A stretch of 64,000 bases of DNA, taken from assembly GCA_021787615.1 (NCBI GenBank), contig JAJYLP010000001.1, positions 22,447-86,446 of the forward strand, read 5' to 3'. Under the pieces are notes generated by a model. That model saw only the letters and a list, made by a program, of their open reading frames with translations, ran no database searches and was not told the DNA's origin. Position 1 is the first letter of the stretch. Each line of letters starts with the position of its first letter. The stretch is from Pseudomonadota bacterium (GTDB lineage: Bacteria; Pseudomonadota; Gammaproteobacteria; Steroidobacterales; Steroidobacteraceae). Positions 10,668-21,272 of the stretch are shown one piece after another. The position numbers and the translations under genes are program-made.

Positions 10668-12434
10668 GTGATGTCACGCGGACTCGCAGTGCGGTTACTC
10701 CTGACCCTGTTCGCGCTCGCCAGCCTGGCGGCCGGCGCGCTGATCGGATTCGGACTTGCGCCGGGAGCGACATTTGCGGCGCGGCTCGTGCACCTGCGTG
10801 ACGGATTGTACGTCGTCCACGCGACACAACAATCGCCGCTGCCGCAGGGCCTGCGCGCGGGCGACATCATACCCATCCAGCGCCTGAGCCCCACCGAGCG
10901 CGCCGTGGTGTTCGACCCTCACGACGTCGTCCCCGGCACGAAGCTCACACTTCCGGTCATGCGTGACGGTCAACTGGCCGTGCGGCGGGTCACGACCGTC
11001 CCCGACAGGATGCCGACGCTGCAGCGCGCGGAGTTTCTGGTCTTTCAGATCGTGATGTTCGTGATCGCGATGTTGACCTTGTGGCGCGGGAGGGACTGGG
11101 CGGCGTGGGGACTGTCGGCGCTGTTCCTGCTCGCACTGTTCGACGCGGCCCCCCTGCAGCTGCCGCTGCCGCCGGCGTGGGCGGTCTGGCAGTATCAGAT
11201 GGAGATCCTGGCCGGCGGCGTGGCCATCATGCTGGCGCTGTTCGCCATGGCCGACGGCCTGGCCGGCGCGAGTCTCCCCTCGCGCTGGCGTACGACGGCA
11301 CGCTTGAGCATCGCGCTCGTGACCGTGGCCATGTTCGGCTTGCAGGAGATTCGCTACCTCGCGCTCATTCGCGCCGGCGTGACGCTCATGGCTGCAAGCC
11401 ACCGCGCGATCGGCGTGACGCTGTTCGCCTTGATTGCTGCCGTGACGCTGTCGATGCTGCTCGCCGGCTATCGCTTCGCGGCCCACGAGGACCGGCTGCG
11501 CATCCGCTGGGTGCTCTGGAGCACCGCTCTGCTGCTCGGGAGCGATCTGCTCTCGTTCCTTACGCCGCGAAGCTGGCAGGCGGACATGACCCAGGTGGTG
11601 ACCGTGCTGCAGGGCATCGCGCTGCTCGGATACTTGTACGCAGTCCTGCGCACGCGCCTCATCGACGTGGGCTTCATCGTCGACCGGGCGCTGGTGTTCG
11701 GCCTGCTCACGGCGCTCGTGTTCGGCACGTTCTCGATCCTCGAGGAGACGCTGCACCAGTTCGCCGTCAGCGACAAAATCGGCTGGGCGCTGCAGGCGCT
11801 CGCGGCGCTGGTGCTGGCGCTGGTGCTGACCCCGCTGCACCGGCGGCTCGAGAGCTGGATCGAGCAGGTGTTCTTCCGCAGCCAGCGCCTGGCGCTCCTT
11901 GCCCTGGAGCGGTTCGCGCGCGAGTGCCCGTTCGTCGAGCGCGAGGCGCACCTGCTCGAGATGGCGCTCGAGCGCCTGAAGATCCAATGCGCCGCGGTGG
12001 CGGTCTACGAGCGCGCCGGCAGCAGCTACCGCCGGCACGCCGCGAGCGATGAGTCCTGGCCGGCGGCGATCGACGCCGACGATCCGGTGTTCGTCGCGAT
12101 GCGCGCCTCGCACGAGCCGGTGGCGCTCGCGGCGCAGGCCAACCGCATCGGCGCCGAGGGACTCGCACTTCCCATGACCGTCGCCGAATCCCTGCTCGGC
12201 GCGCTGATCTGCCGGCCGCGCGACGGCGAGCAGTTCGCCCCCGAGATCCGCGCAGCGCTCGCCAACGTCGCGCACCATCTCGGGATGGCGCTCACCGGAT
12301 TGCGCCATCGGGAGCACGCGCGCCTGGTCGCCGACGTCGCGGCCGGCCGGCTCGATCCTGACACCGCGCGGCGCCGCGCCATCGCCCTGTTGGGAAGAGA
12401 GCTGCCGCCGGCGGGTCTCGGCGCAGCGCCGTAA
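10668..12434 (+). CDS. Polytopic membrane protein with an N-terminal PDZ-like segment and a C-terminal GAF-like soluble domain (no output domain seen)
   Basis: 588 aa. An N-terminal hydrophobic helix is followed by LRAGDIIPIQRL...LTLPVMRDG (PDZ-like), then about 8-9 hydrophobic helices. The block YAVLRTRLIDVGFIVDRALVFGLLTA is reminiscent of sensor N-termini. The last ~190 aa are soluble. Confidence 0.6.
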   Translation: MMSRGLAVRLLLTLFALASLAAGALIGFGLAPGATFAARLVHLRDGLYVVHATQQSPLPQGLRAGDIIPIQRLSPTERAVVFDPHDVVPGTKLTLPVMRDGQLAVRRVTTVPDRMPTLQRAEFLVFQIVMFVIAMLTLWRGRDWAAWGLSALFLLALFDAAPLQLPLPPAWAVWQYQMEILAGGVAIMLALFAMADGLAGASLPSRWRTTARLSIALVTVAMFGLQEIRYLALIRAGVTLMAASHRAIGVTLFALIAAVTLSMLLAGYRFAAHEDRLRIRWVLWSTALLLGSDLLSFLTPRSWQADMTQVVTVLQGIALLGYLYAVLRTRLIDVGFIVDRALVFGLLTALVFGTFSILEETLHQFAVSDKIGWALQALAALVLALVLTPLHRRLESWIEQVFFRSQRLALLALERFARECPFVEREAHLLEMALERLKIQCAAVAVYERAGSSYRRHAASDESWPAAIDADDPVFVAMRASHEPVALAAQANRIGAEGLALPMTVAESLLGALICRPRDGEQFAPEIRAALANVAHHLGMALTGLRHREHARLVADVAAGRLDPDTARRRAIALLGRELPPAGLGAAP

Positions 12435-12470
12435 GCGGCACGAGGGGCCCGTCGGGCTGCCGCAACGCGC

Positions 12471-13004
12471 TCAGCGCCGCTGCGCCATGGCCCCCTCGCC
12501 GGCCGGCGCCATCTCCGGGATCCCGATGCGGTGGGTCGATTTCACTTCCTCCATGACGAAGTAGCTGTGCGTCTGCTGCACGCCGCGGATGCCCGCGATG
12601 GTCTCCCCGAGTAGCGTGCGGTAGCGCTCCATATCCTTCACCCGCACCTTCAGGAGGTAATCGAAGCCGCCGGCGACCATGTGGCATTCCATGATCTCAT
12701 CGTGCGCCGCCACCATCTCCTTGAAGCGCTCGAACGCCTCCGGCGTGGTGCGGTCCAGCGTCACTTCCACGTAGACCAGCAGACTCAGCCCCAGCCGGCG
12801 CGCGTTCAGGTGCGCGAAATACCCGTTGATGAAGCCGGCCGCCTCGAGCCGCCGGATGCGCTCGAGCGTCGGCGTGACCGTGAGATTCACCTCGCGCGCG
12901 AGCTGGGAGACGGGCACCCGTCCGTCCTGCTGCAGGCGGAACAGCAGCTTGCGATCGATCCGGTCCAGCGAGCGGTGTCCCGCGGCAACGGTCTTTTGCC
13001 TCAT
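12471..13004 (-). CDS. Lrp/AsnC-family transcriptional regulator (PutR-like)
   Basis: 177 aa with an HTH (DRIDRKLLFRLQQDGRVPVSQLAREVNLT) plus a RAM/AsnC C-domain. It is divergent from putA. Confidence 0.85.
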   Translation of the reverse strand: MRQKTVAAGHRSLDRIDRKLLFRLQQDGRVPVSQLAREVNLTVTPTLERIRRLEAAGFINGYFAHLNARRLGLSLLVYVEVTLDRTTPEAFERFKEMVAAHDEIMECHMVAGGFDYLLKVRVKDMERYRTLLGETIAGIRGVQQTHSYFVMEEVKSTHRIGIPEMAPAGEGAMAQRR

Positions 13005-13103
13005 AGGTAGTTAATCTTACTTCTATTACGGCCAAAATATAAAAATATTCTCTGCCTAAACGGATACGATGAGCATATTCGCCTAGCTACCTCCGCGTGC
13101 CGC
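13005..13103. promoter_or_regulatory. Divergent putR/putA control region
   Basis: A 99-bp strikingly AT-rich spacer (taggtagttaatcttacttctattacggccaaaatataaaaatattctc) between divergent regulator and putA genes in an otherwise GC-rich genome. No specific sites were assigned. Confidence 0.45.
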
Positions 13104-16100
13104 ATGACCGCCCTGCCCGCCCACCGGGTGCTTTCACCGGACCAGGAAGATCTCGACACCTTGCGCGCGCGCATGCGCGAGGCGACGCTGCGGCCGGAGG
13201 AGCCGGCCATCGCGGCGCTGCGCGAAGAGCTGCTGACCGTCTCGGAACCGCTCGAGGCGGCGCGCGCGCAGGCCATGCGCTGGGTGAGCGCGGCGCGCGC
13301 GCATGCGCGCGCCGGCTCGCTGGTCGAGTCGCTGCTCGGGCAGTTCGCCCTCGACAGCGCCGAAGGCAAGGCGCTGATGAGCCTGGCCGAGGCGCTGCTG
13401 CGCACCCCCGATGCGCTGAGCGCCGACCGCCTGATCGCGGAGCGTCTCGCGGCGCTGCGCGGCGCGGGCCGGGACGCGAACCTGCAGGTGCGGCTGGGGC
13501 TCGCGCTGCTGCGCAGCGCGGGGCATCTGCTGCCCGATGCGCGCGTGCTGATCACCCAGCCGTCGGGCTGGAGCCATCCGCTCGCGCCGGCGACCCGCCG
13601 GGTCATGCGCCGCGCCATGCGCCTGATGGGGCACGCATTCATCGTCGGGGAGTCGATCGAGGCGGCGCTCGCGCGCGGCGCGCGCCACAGGGAGCTCGCG
13701 CTGTGCTCCTTCGACATGCTCGGCGAGGGCGCGCGCACCGATGCGGACGCGCAGCGCTATTTCGACGCCTACCGCGACGCCATCGAGGCGCTCGGCCGCC
13801 AGCCGGCCGGCCCCGTGCATGCCCGCTCGGGGATCTCGGTGAAGCTCTCGGCGCTCGAGCCGCGCTACCTGCTCACCCAGCGGCCGCGGGTGCTCGAGCG
13901 GCTGGTTCCCCGGGCCATCGAGCTCGCCCGCGCCGCGTGCCGCGCCGGCATCGGGCTCACCATCGATGCCGAGGAAGCCGACCGCCTCGATCTGTCGCTC
14001 GATGTCATCGAGGCGCTCGCGCGCGATCCGCAGAGCCGCCCCTGGGAGGGTCTCGGTCTTGCAGTCCAGGCGTACGGGCGGCGCGCCCCGCTCGTGATCG
14101 AGTGGGTCGCGGCGCTGGCGCGTCAGACGGGCCGGCGCATGAGCGCGCGCCTGGTCAAGGGCGCCTATTGGGATGCCGAGATCAAGCGGGCGCAGGAGCG
14201 GGGACTGGCGAGTTTTCCGGTCTACACCGCCAAGACCGTGACGGATGCCAGCTACCTGGTGTGCGTGCGGCGGCTGTTCGCGGCGAGCGACGTCATTTAT
14301 CCGCAGTTCGCCACCCATAACGCGCTCACGGTCGCCGCGGTGGCCGCGCTCGCGCCCGCCGGCGTCCGCTACGAGTTCCAGCGGCTGCACGGCATGGGCC
14401 AGGCGCTGTACGGGGTGGTGCGCGCCGAGCGGCCGGATCTCGCGCCGGTGCGTGTCTACGCGCCGGTCGGCACCCATCAGGAGCTGCTGCCGTATCTGGT
14501 GCGCCGGCTGCTCGAGAACGGCGCCAACACCTCCTTCGTCCACCACTTTCTCAACCAACGCATTCCCGTGGAGCACGTCGTGGGACCGATCCTTCCCGAG
14601 AACCCCGAGCGGCCCTCCGGCGTGCGCGAGCCGCCGCGCCTGTACGGCTCGCGCGCCAACTCACGCGGTGCGGACCTCGGCAACCCGCAGCAGCTCGCCG
14701 CCCTGCTCACAGACCTTAAAGCCGGGCGCGACCGGCCCTACACGGGCGGCCCGATCCTCGCCGCCGCTGCTGCAGCGGCGCCCGAGACGCCCGTGCGCTC
14801 GCCGGCGGACGGGCAGATCGTCGGCCTCAGCCGCGATGCCAGCGAGGCCGAGATCACGGCCGCCATGGACGCCGCCGCGCGGGCCCAGCCGGCCTGGGAC
14901 CGCCGGCCCGCGGCCGAGCGCGCCGAGTGCCTGGAGCGGGCGGCCGATCTGCTCGAGCAGCGCCGCGGCGCGTTTCTCGATCTGCTGGTGCGCGAGGCGG
15001 GCAAGACGCTGCCGGACGCTCTGGCCGAGGTGCGCGAGGCCAGCGATTTCTGCCGCTACTACGCCGAGCAGGGCCGCAGGCTCTTCGGCGCGGCGCAGGC
15101 GCTGCCGGGCCCGGTCGGCGAGCGCAACGAGCTGTGGCTGCAGGGCCGCGGGGTGTTCGCCTGCATCAGCCCGTGGAACTTTCCGCTTGCGATCTTCACC
15201 GGCCAGCTGAGCGCCGCGCTCATGGCCGGCAACGCGGTGCTCGCCAAGCCGGCCCCCAGCACCCCGCTCGTGGCGCACGCCATGGTGAGCCTGCTGCACG
15301 AGGCGGGCGTTGCGCGCGGGGTATTGCAGCTGACCCCCTCGGACGGCCCGCCGTTCAGCCGCTCGGCCCTCACGCACCCCGCACTGGCGGGCGTGGCATT
15401 CACCGGCTCGACCGCGACTGCGGCCAACATCAACCGCACGCTCGCCGGGCGCGAGGGCCCGATCGTACCGCTCATCGCCGAGACCGGCGGAGTCAACGCG
15501 ATGATCGTCGACGGCACCGCGCTGCCGGAGCAGGTGGTCGACGATGTGATCGCCTCGGCGTTCACCAGTGCCGGCCAGCGCTGCTCGGCGCTGCGCGTGC
15601 TGTACCTGCAGGAGGATATCGCCGAGCGGGTCATCGAGATGCTGATCGGCGCGATGCGCTGCCTGAGAGTCGGCGCTCCGGGCGATCCGGCCACCGACGT
15701 GGGACCGGTGATCAGCCCGGAGGCGCTGGGGCGCCTCACGCGGCACGCCGAGCGCATGCGCCGCGAGGCGAAGCTCCTCTACGCCTGCCCGACCAACCAC
15801 TGCGCCGCGGGCGGCCATTTCTTCGCACCGCACCTGTTCGAGCTCGCCGCGCTCGATCAGCTGAGGACCGAGGAGTTCGGCCCCATCCTGCACGTGGCCC
15901 GCTACCGCGCCGACGAGCTGCCGCAGGTGCTCGCGGCGATCCGCGCCACCGGCTTCGGGCTCACCCTCGGGGTGCACAGCCGGCTCGAGACGCTCGCCGA
16001 GCACGTGTTTCATGCGCTGCCGGCTGGCAACACCTACGTCAACCGCAACATGATCGGCGCGGTGGTCGGCGTGCAGCCCTTCGGCGGCCAGGGCCTCTCC

Positions 16101-16211
16101 GGCACCGGCCCGAAAGCCGGCGGCCCGCACTACCTGGTGCGCTTCGCCACCGAGCGTACGCTCACGATCAACACCGCGGCGATCGGCGGCGCGGTGGAGC
16201 TGCTCGCCTGA
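13104..16211 (+). CDS. putA: Bifunctional proline dehydrogenase / L-glutamate gamma-semialdehyde dehydrogenase PutA (short form, no RHH domain)
   Basis: 1035 aa with a PRODH barrel (MLGEGART, VKGAYWD) followed by an ALDH domain (ISPWNFPLAI, ETGGVNAMIVD, GQRCSA). Confidence 0.93.
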   Translation: MTALPAHRVLSPDQEDLDTLRARMREATLRPEEPAIAALREELLTVSEPLEAARAQAMRWVSAARAHARAGSLVESLLGQFALDSAEGKALMSLAEALLRTPDALSADRLIAERLAALRGAGRDANLQVRLGLALLRSAGHLLPDARVLITQPSGWSHPLAPATRRVMRRAMRLMGHAFIVGESIEAALARGARHRELALCSFDMLGEGARTDADAQRYFDAYRDAIEALGRQPAGPVHARSGISVKLSALEPRYLLTQRPRVLERLVPRAIELARAACRAGIGLTIDAEEADRLDLSLDVIEALARDPQSRPWEGLGLAVQAYGRRAPLVIEWVAALARQTGRRMSARLVKGAYWDAEIKRAQERGLASFPVYTAKTVTDASYLVCVRRLFAASDVIYPQFATHNALTVAAVAALAPAGVRYEFQRLHGMGQALYGVVRAERPDLAPVRVYAPVGTHQELLPYLVRRLLENGANTSFVHHFLNQRIPVEHVVGPILPENPERPSGVREPPRLYGSRANSRGADLGNPQQLAALLTDLKAGRDRPYTGGPILAAAAAAAPETPVRSPADGQIVGLSRDASEAEITAAMDAAARAQPAWDRRPAAERAECLERAADLLEQRRGAFLDLLVREAGKTLPDALAEVREASDFCRYYAEQGRRLFGAAQALPGPVGERNELWLQGRGVFACISPWNFPLAIFTGQLSAALMAGNAVLAKPAPSTPLVAHAMVSLLHEAGVARGVLQLTPSDGPPFSRSALTHPALAGVAFTGSTATAANINRTLAGREGPIVPLIAETGGVNAMIVDGTALPEQVVDDVIASAFTSAGQRCSALRVLYLQEDIAERVIEMLIGAMRCLRVGAPGDPATDVGPVISPEALGRLTRHAERMRREAKLLYACPTNHCAAGGHFFAPHLFELAALDQLRTEEFGPILHVARYRADELPQVLAAIRATGFGLTLGVHSRLETLAEHVFHALPAGNTYVNRNMIGAVVGVQPFGGQGLSGTGPKAGGPHYLVRFATERTLTINTAAIGGAVELLA

Positions 16212-16212
16212 G

Positions 16213-18300
16213 CTAGCCGCGCAGCGCCTCGGCGAGCGCGCCGAGGGAATCGATCGGCTCTGCGCAGACGCTGCCGCGGCAGAGGTAGGCCGTCGCCGCG
16301 CCGCGCGGCGGCTTGGCCGCGATCGCGCTCGGCAGGTCCGGCGCGCCCGTGGCGGCCGCGAGCACCATGCGCCGCGGCGCGTAGAGCCGCGCGAGCTCGC
16401 GCCGCCAGGACTCGATGACCGCGGGCTCGCCGCGCAGAATCACCGTCTCGGGCGGAGCGAGCAGCTCCTCGAGCGCATTCAGCAGCGTCGCGTGAGCCTG
16501 CGGATGGTGCGCCAGCGGCGCCCAGCCCGCCCGTACGAGGCGCTCGGCCGCCTGCAGATAACGGCTCTGCCCGAGCAGATACCCCAACCGCGTCAGCACC
16601 CGCGCCGCGACCGCGTTGCCGGCCGGCAGCGCCTCGTCGGCGAAGGTCCTCATGCGGTGCAGCAGCGGCTCGTGATCGTCCGAGGTGAAGAAGAACCCGC
16701 CGTCCCCGGCGGCGAAATGACGCAGCACCACCTCCATCAGCTCGCAGGCGAAGGCGAGCTCCGCCGGCTGCAGCCGCAGCTGCTGCAGCTCGAGCACCCC
16801 GTCGGCGAGGAACACGTAATCGTCGAGATACGCGTTGAGGCGCGCCGTGCCGCCGTTGTAGCTCGCCAGCAGGCGCCCGTCGCGCCACAACACGGCTCGC
16901 GCGAACTCGAGCGCGCGGGTGGCCGACTCCTCGAGCGCCGCGCATCCCAGAGCGCGGGCGGCGCGCGCCAGGCCGGCGATGGCGAGCCCGTTCCACGCCG
17001 TCAGGATCTTCTCGTCGCGCGCCGGGCGCTGGCGCTGCGCGCGCAGCGCCAGCAGTTTGCCGCGCGCACTCTCGAGCAGAGCCGCCACGCGCGCGGCGGG
17101 CAGACCGAGCTCGGCGGCGAGCGCATCGCGCTCGCGCGCCACGTACAGGTGCCAGCGGCCCTCGAAGTTCGGCGGCAGGTCAAGACCATGACAGGGGGCG
17201 AACGCGGCGTACTCCTCGGCGCTGAGCGCTGCGCGCACCTCAGCGCGATCCCACACGTAGAAGCTGCCCTCGTGCCCGGCGGAATCCGCATCAAGACTCG
17301 AGTAGAACCCGCCCTCGGCGGACTGCATCTCGCGCCGCATCCACTCGGCGGTATCGCGGGCGATGCCCGCGTACAGCTCGTCTCCGCTCGCCACGTATGC
17401 CTCGGCGTACACCGGGAGCAGCCACGCGTTGTCGTAGAGCATCTTCTCGAAGTGCGGAATCCGCCACAGCTCATCGACCGAGTAGCGGCAGAAGCCTCCG
17501 CCGAGGACATCGTGGATGCCGCCGTCGGCCATGCGCTTGAGCGTCAGGGCCGCCATGTAGAGCGCGCGCAGGTCCGGCGGGTCCCGGTGCGCGCTCGCGC
17601 GCCAGTGCCGCAGCAGCCGCTCGATCGAGCCTGGATGCGGGAATTTCGGCGCGCCGCCGAAACCGCCGTTGTGCGCATCGAACAGGCGCTCCAGGTCCGC
17701 GCGGGCGCGCTCGAGCGGCTCGGCGCTCACAACCAGGTCCGCCGGCGGCGGCGGCGGATCGATGCTCTGGAATGCGGCACTCAGCGCCTCGCCCTGCGCG
17801 TCGAGCTCCTCGCGGTGCTCTTCGTAGTAGCGCGCGATGCGGCCCAGCAGGTCTTTGAAGCCCGGCAGCCCGTGGCGCGGCTCGGGCGGGAAGTACGTGC
17901 CGCCGAAGAACGGCCGCCGCTCGGCGGTGAGAAACAGGGTGAGCGGCCAGCCGCCGGGGCCGCGGGTGAGCATCTGTTGGGCGATCTGGTAGATCCGATC
18001 GAGGTCGGGCCGCTCCTCGCGGTCGACCTTGATGTTCACGAACCGCTCGTTCAGCAGCTCGGCGGTCGGCTCGTCCTCGAAGCTCTCGGCGGCGAGCACG
18101 TGACACCAGTGGCAGGCCGCATAGCCGATGCTCAGGTGCACCGGGCGGCCGAGCTCGCGCGCGAGCGCAAACGCCTCATCCCCCCAGGGGTGCCAGTCGA
18201 CGGGGTTGTGCGCGTGCTGGCGCAGATAGGGGCTGGCCTCGCCGATCAGGCGATTGGTGTATTTCGGCGTGCCGTCCGCGTTGCGATGCCGGCTTTCCAT
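16213..18300 (-). CDS. Thioredoxin-domain (DUF255/YyaL-like) protein
   Basis: 695 aa. The N-terminus reads [29 protein letters not shown]...[11 protein letters not shown]. The C-terminal region looks like an alpha/alpha toroid. Confidence 0.85.
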   Translation of the reverse strand: MESRHRNADGTPKYTNRLIGEASPYLRQHAHNPVDWHPWGDEAFALARELGRPVHLSIGYAACHWCHVLAAESFEDEPTAELLNERFVNIKVDREERPDLDRIYQIAQQMLTRGPGGWPLTLFLTAERRPFFGGTYFPPEPRHGLPGFKDLLGRIARYYEEHREELDAQGEALSAAFQSIDPPPPPADLVVSAEPLERARADLERLFDAHNGGFGGAPKFPHPGSIERLLRHWRASAHRDPPDLRALYMAALTLKRMADGGIHDVLGGGFCRYSVDELWRIPHFEKMLYDNAWLLPVYAEAYVASGDELYAGIARDTAEWMRREMQSAEGGFYSSLDADSAGHEGSFYVWDRAEVRAALSAEEYAAFAPCHGLDLPPNFEGRWHLYVARERDALAAELGLPAARVAALLESARGKLLALRAQRQRPARDEKILTAWNGLAIAGLARAARALGCAALEESATRALEFARAVLWRDGRLLASYNGGTARLNAYLDDYVFLADGVLELQQLRLQPAELAFACELMEVVLRHFAAGDGGFFFTSDDHEPLLHRMRTFADEALPAGNAVAARVLTRLGYLLGQSRYLQAAERLVRAGWAPLAHHPQAHATLLNALEELLAPPETVILRGEPAVIESWRRELARLYAPRRMVLAAATGAPDLPSAIAAKPPRGAATAYLCRGSVCAEPIDSLGALAEALRG

Positions 18301-18411
18301 GAGACTCCCGCGGCCGTGCCGGGCGGAGAACAGGGGCGCTCAGCATAGCGCGCGGCACGGCGCCAGCGCCTGTATACTGCGCCCCCCTCCGAACCGCCGA
18401 CGCCCATTGCC

Positions 18412-19641
18412 TTGAGCGCCCTCCCGTCCCCCGTCGAGACCGCCCCGAGCCCCCCGCGCGCGCTGCGCCTGAAGCGCGGCGAGGAACGACGCATCGTGGC
18501 GGGGCATCCCTGGGTATTCAGCAACGAGGTCGACGAGCACACCCCGCTGCGCGCATTCGCCCCGGGCGAGCACGCGCGGATCGAGTCGCACCGCGGGCAG
18601 TTTCTGGGTCACGCCTACGTCAACCCGCACGCGCTCATCTGCGCACGCATCATGAGCCGCGAGGCGGCGCGCCCCATCGACCGCGCGCTCATCGAGGAGC
18701 GGCTGCAGGGGGCATTGCGGCTGCGCGAGCGCCTGTACCGCGAGCCGTATTACCGGCTGGTGTTCGGCGAGTCCGACGGCCTGCCGGGCCTGGTGCTCGA
18801 CCGCTACGGGGATCTGCTCGTCGGGCAGATCGCCACCGCCGGAATGGAGGCGCTGCGCGCCACCGTCGAGGCCGCGGTGCGCGAGCGGCTCGCCCCGGCC
18901 GGGCTCTTCTGGAAGAACGATTCGGGCGCGCGCATGCTCGAGGAACTGCCGCGCATCGCCGAGACGGCTTTCGGGCAGGTCCCCGCGCAGCTCACCGTGC
19001 ACGAGGCCGGCCTGCGCTTCAGCGCGCCGCTCGCGGCGGGGCAGAAAACCGGCTGGTTCTACGATCAGTGCGCCAACCGCGCCCGCTTGGCCCGCTACCT
19101 GAGCCCCGGCGCGCGCGTTCTGGATGTGTGCGGCTACGTTGGGGCGTGGAGCCTCACGGCGCTGGCCGCCGGCGCAGGCTCGGCCCAGTGCATCGACGCA
19201 TCGGAAGCCGCGCTCGCGTACGCCACGCGCAATGCCGAGGCCAACGGGCTCGCCCTGCAGACGCTGCGCGAGGATGCGTTCGAGGCGCTCGCCGCGCTGC
19301 GCGAGCGCGGCGAACGATTCGACGTGGTCGTGCTCGACCCGCCCGCCTTCATCAAGCGCAAGAAAGACATCCCCCGCGGCCAGGCCGCCTACCGCAAGCT
19401 CAACCAGCTGGCGATGGGGGTGATCGGCGAGGAGGGCCTGCTGGTGTCGTGCTCCTGCTCGTATCACCTCACCGGCGAGGCACTGACCGAGATCCTGCAG
19501 TCGGCGGCCCGGCACAGCGGGCGCAGCGTGCAGATCCTCGAGGCCGGCGGACAGTCGCCGGACCACCCGATCCACCCCGCGGTCCCGGAAACACGCTACC
19601 TGAAGGCGTTCTTCTGCCGCATTTCCAGCCAGGTCGGATAA
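18412..19641 (+). CDS. rlmI: Class I SAM-dependent rRNA methyltransferase (RlmI-like)
   Basis: 409 aa with a PUA-like N-terminus (RRIVAGHPWVFSNEV) and a methyltransferase core (VLDVCGYVGAWS, DVVVLDPPAF). TTG start. Confidence 0.85.
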   Translation: MSALPSPVETAPSPPRALRLKRGEERRIVAGHPWVFSNEVDEHTPLRAFAPGEHARIESHRGQFLGHAYVNPHALICARIMSREAARPIDRALIEERLQGALRLRERLYREPYYRLVFGESDGLPGLVLDRYGDLLVGQIATAGMEALRATVEAAVRERLAPAGLFWKNDSGARMLEELPRIAETAFGQVPAQLTVHEAGLRFSAPLAAGQKTGWFYDQCANRARLARYLSPGARVLDVCGYVGAWSLTALAAGAGSAQCIDASEAALAYATRNAEANGLALQTLREDAFEALAALRERGERFDVVVLDPPAFIKRKKDIPRGQAAYRKLNQLAMGVIGEEGLLVSCSCSYHLTGEALTEILQSAARHSGRSVQILEAGGQSPDHPIHPAVPETRYLKAFFCRISSQVG

Positions 19642-19652
19642 ACTGCACCGCC

Positions 19653-20462
19653 ATGATCAAGTACCCGGACTTCAATCCCATCGCGTTCCGTATCGGCCCG
19701 CTGAAGGTGCACTGGTACGGCATCATGTACCTGCTGGGCTTCGCCAGCGCCTGGGGCCTGGCGCGCTACCGCGCCTCGCGCCCCGAGTCGACCTGGAAGG
19801 CCGTGGATGTTGACGACCTGATCTTCTACTGCATGCTCGGGGTCATCCTCGGCGGGCGCATCGGCTACGTGCTCTTCTACGGGATGACCTTCTGGACGGC
19901 GCACAACCCGTGGTATCCGATCGAGGTGTGGGACGGGGGCATGTCCTTCCACGGGGGCCTGCTCGGGGTCGTCCTGGCCATGACGATCTTCGCCATGCGC
20001 CGCAAGCGCAACGCGGCCGACGTGTTCGATTTCACCGTGCCGCTGCCGGCGCTCGGCCTGTTCTTCGGCCGCATCGGCAACTTCATCAACGGGGAGCTGT
20101 GGGGCAAGCCGACGACGCTGCCCTGGGGCTTTCTCTACCACGGCGTGGTGCGCCAGCCCTCGCAGCTCTACGAGGCCTTCTTCGAGGGCGTAGTGCTGTT
20201 CAGCACGATGTGGATCTTCACCGCCAGACCCAAGCCGCGCCTGGCCGCCTCGGGGCTGTTCCTGCTGCTGTACGGCACGTTCCGCTTCCTGGTGGAGTTC
20301 GTGCGCTTGCCGGACCCGCAGCTCGGTTACCTCGCCTGGGGCTGGGTCACCATGGGCCAGGTGCTCTCCTTCCCCATGATCGTGATCGGCGCAGGACTGC
20401 TGATCTACGCCTATCAGACGCGCAAGACCTCGGGTAACTACCTTCCCGCCGCCGCGCATTGA
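19653..20462 (+). CDS. lgt: Prolipoprotein diacylglyceryl transferase
   Basis: Internal ATG of ORF 19068..20462: MIKYPDFNPIAFRIGPLKVHWYGIMYLLGF...GGRIGYVLFY...GRIGNFINGELWG. Confidence 0.92.
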   Translation: MIKYPDFNPIAFRIGPLKVHWYGIMYLLGFASAWGLARYRASRPESTWKAVDVDDLIFYCMLGVILGGRIGYVLFYGMTFWTAHNPWYPIEVWDGGMSFHGGLLGVVLAMTIFAMRRKRNAADVFDFTVPLPALGLFFGRIGNFINGELWGKPTTLPWGFLYHGVVRQPSQLYEAFFEGVVLFSTMWIFTARPKPRLAASGLFLLLYGTFRFLVEFVRLPDPQLGYLAWGWVTMGQVLSFPMIVIGAGLLIYAYQTRKTSGNYLPAAAH

Positions 20463-20468
20463 GCCTCG

Positions 20469-21263
20469 ATGCGCCCGTATCTCGATCTGATGCGCCGCAT
20501 CCTCGAGAGCGGCACGCCGAAGGGGGATCGCACCGGCACCGGGACGCTCTCGAGCTTCGGGGAGCAGCTGCGCTTCGAGCTCGCAGACGGCTTCCCGCTC
20601 GTCACCACCAAGCGCATTCACATGCGCTCGGTGATCGGCGAGCTGCTGTGGTTCCTGCGCGGGGACACCAACGTGCGCTGGCTGCGCGAGCAGGGCGTCA
20701 GCATCTGGGACGAGTGGGCCGACGAGCACGGCGAGCTCGGCCCGGTGTACGGCAAGCAGTGGCGCGCCTGGACGGGCGCCAACGGTGAGCGCATCGATCA
20801 GATCAGCGCCGCGATCGATCTGATCCGGCGGGACCCCGACTCGCGGCGCATCGTGGTGAGCGCCTGGAACGTCGGGGAGCTCGCGCAGATGCGCCTGCTG
20901 CCCTGCCACGCCCTGTTCCAGTTCTACGTCGCCGCCGGCCGGCTTTCCTGCCAGCTCTACCAGCGCAGCGCGGACGTGTTTCTCGGCGTGCCCTTCAACA
21001 TCGCCAGCTACGCGCTGCTGACGCACATGCTCGCCCAGCAGTGCGACCTCGAGCCCGGCGCGTTCATCTGGACCGGCGGCGACTGCCACCTCTACCGCAA
21101 TCACCTCGAGCAGGCGCGGCTGCAGCTCGCGCGCGAGCCGTTCCCGCTGCCGCGCCTGCGCATCCGCCGCCGCCCGCCGACCCTTTTCGATTATCGCTTC
21201 GAGGACTTCGAGTTCGTGAACTACCAACATCACCCGGCCATCCCCGCGCCGGTGGCTGTCTAG
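20469..21263 (+). CDS. thyA: Thymidylate synthase
   Basis: 264 aa with [37 protein letters not shown] and [16 protein letters not shown]. Confidence 0.95.
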   Translation: MRPYLDLMRRILESGTPKGDRTGTGTLSSFGEQLRFELADGFPLVTTKRIHMRSVIGELLWFLRGDTNVRWLREQGVSIWDEWADEHGELGPVYGKQWRAWTGANGERIDQISAAIDLIRRDPDSRRIVVSAWNVGELAQMRLLPCHALFQFYVAAGRLSCQLYQRSADVFLGVPFNIASYALLTHMLAQQCDLEPGAFIWTGGDCHLYRNHLEQARLQLAREPFPLPRLRIRRRPPTLFDYRFEDFEFVNYQHHPAIPAPVAV

Positions 21264-21272
21264 GGAGAGCCG

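Noticed and set aside
13134-18348. Long ORFs antisense to putA and to the DUF255 gene (13134..14576, 14661..16130 and 16492..18348)
   Set aside because: The reasoning is the same: the sense-strand genes have clear catalytic motifs and the antisense frames do not.
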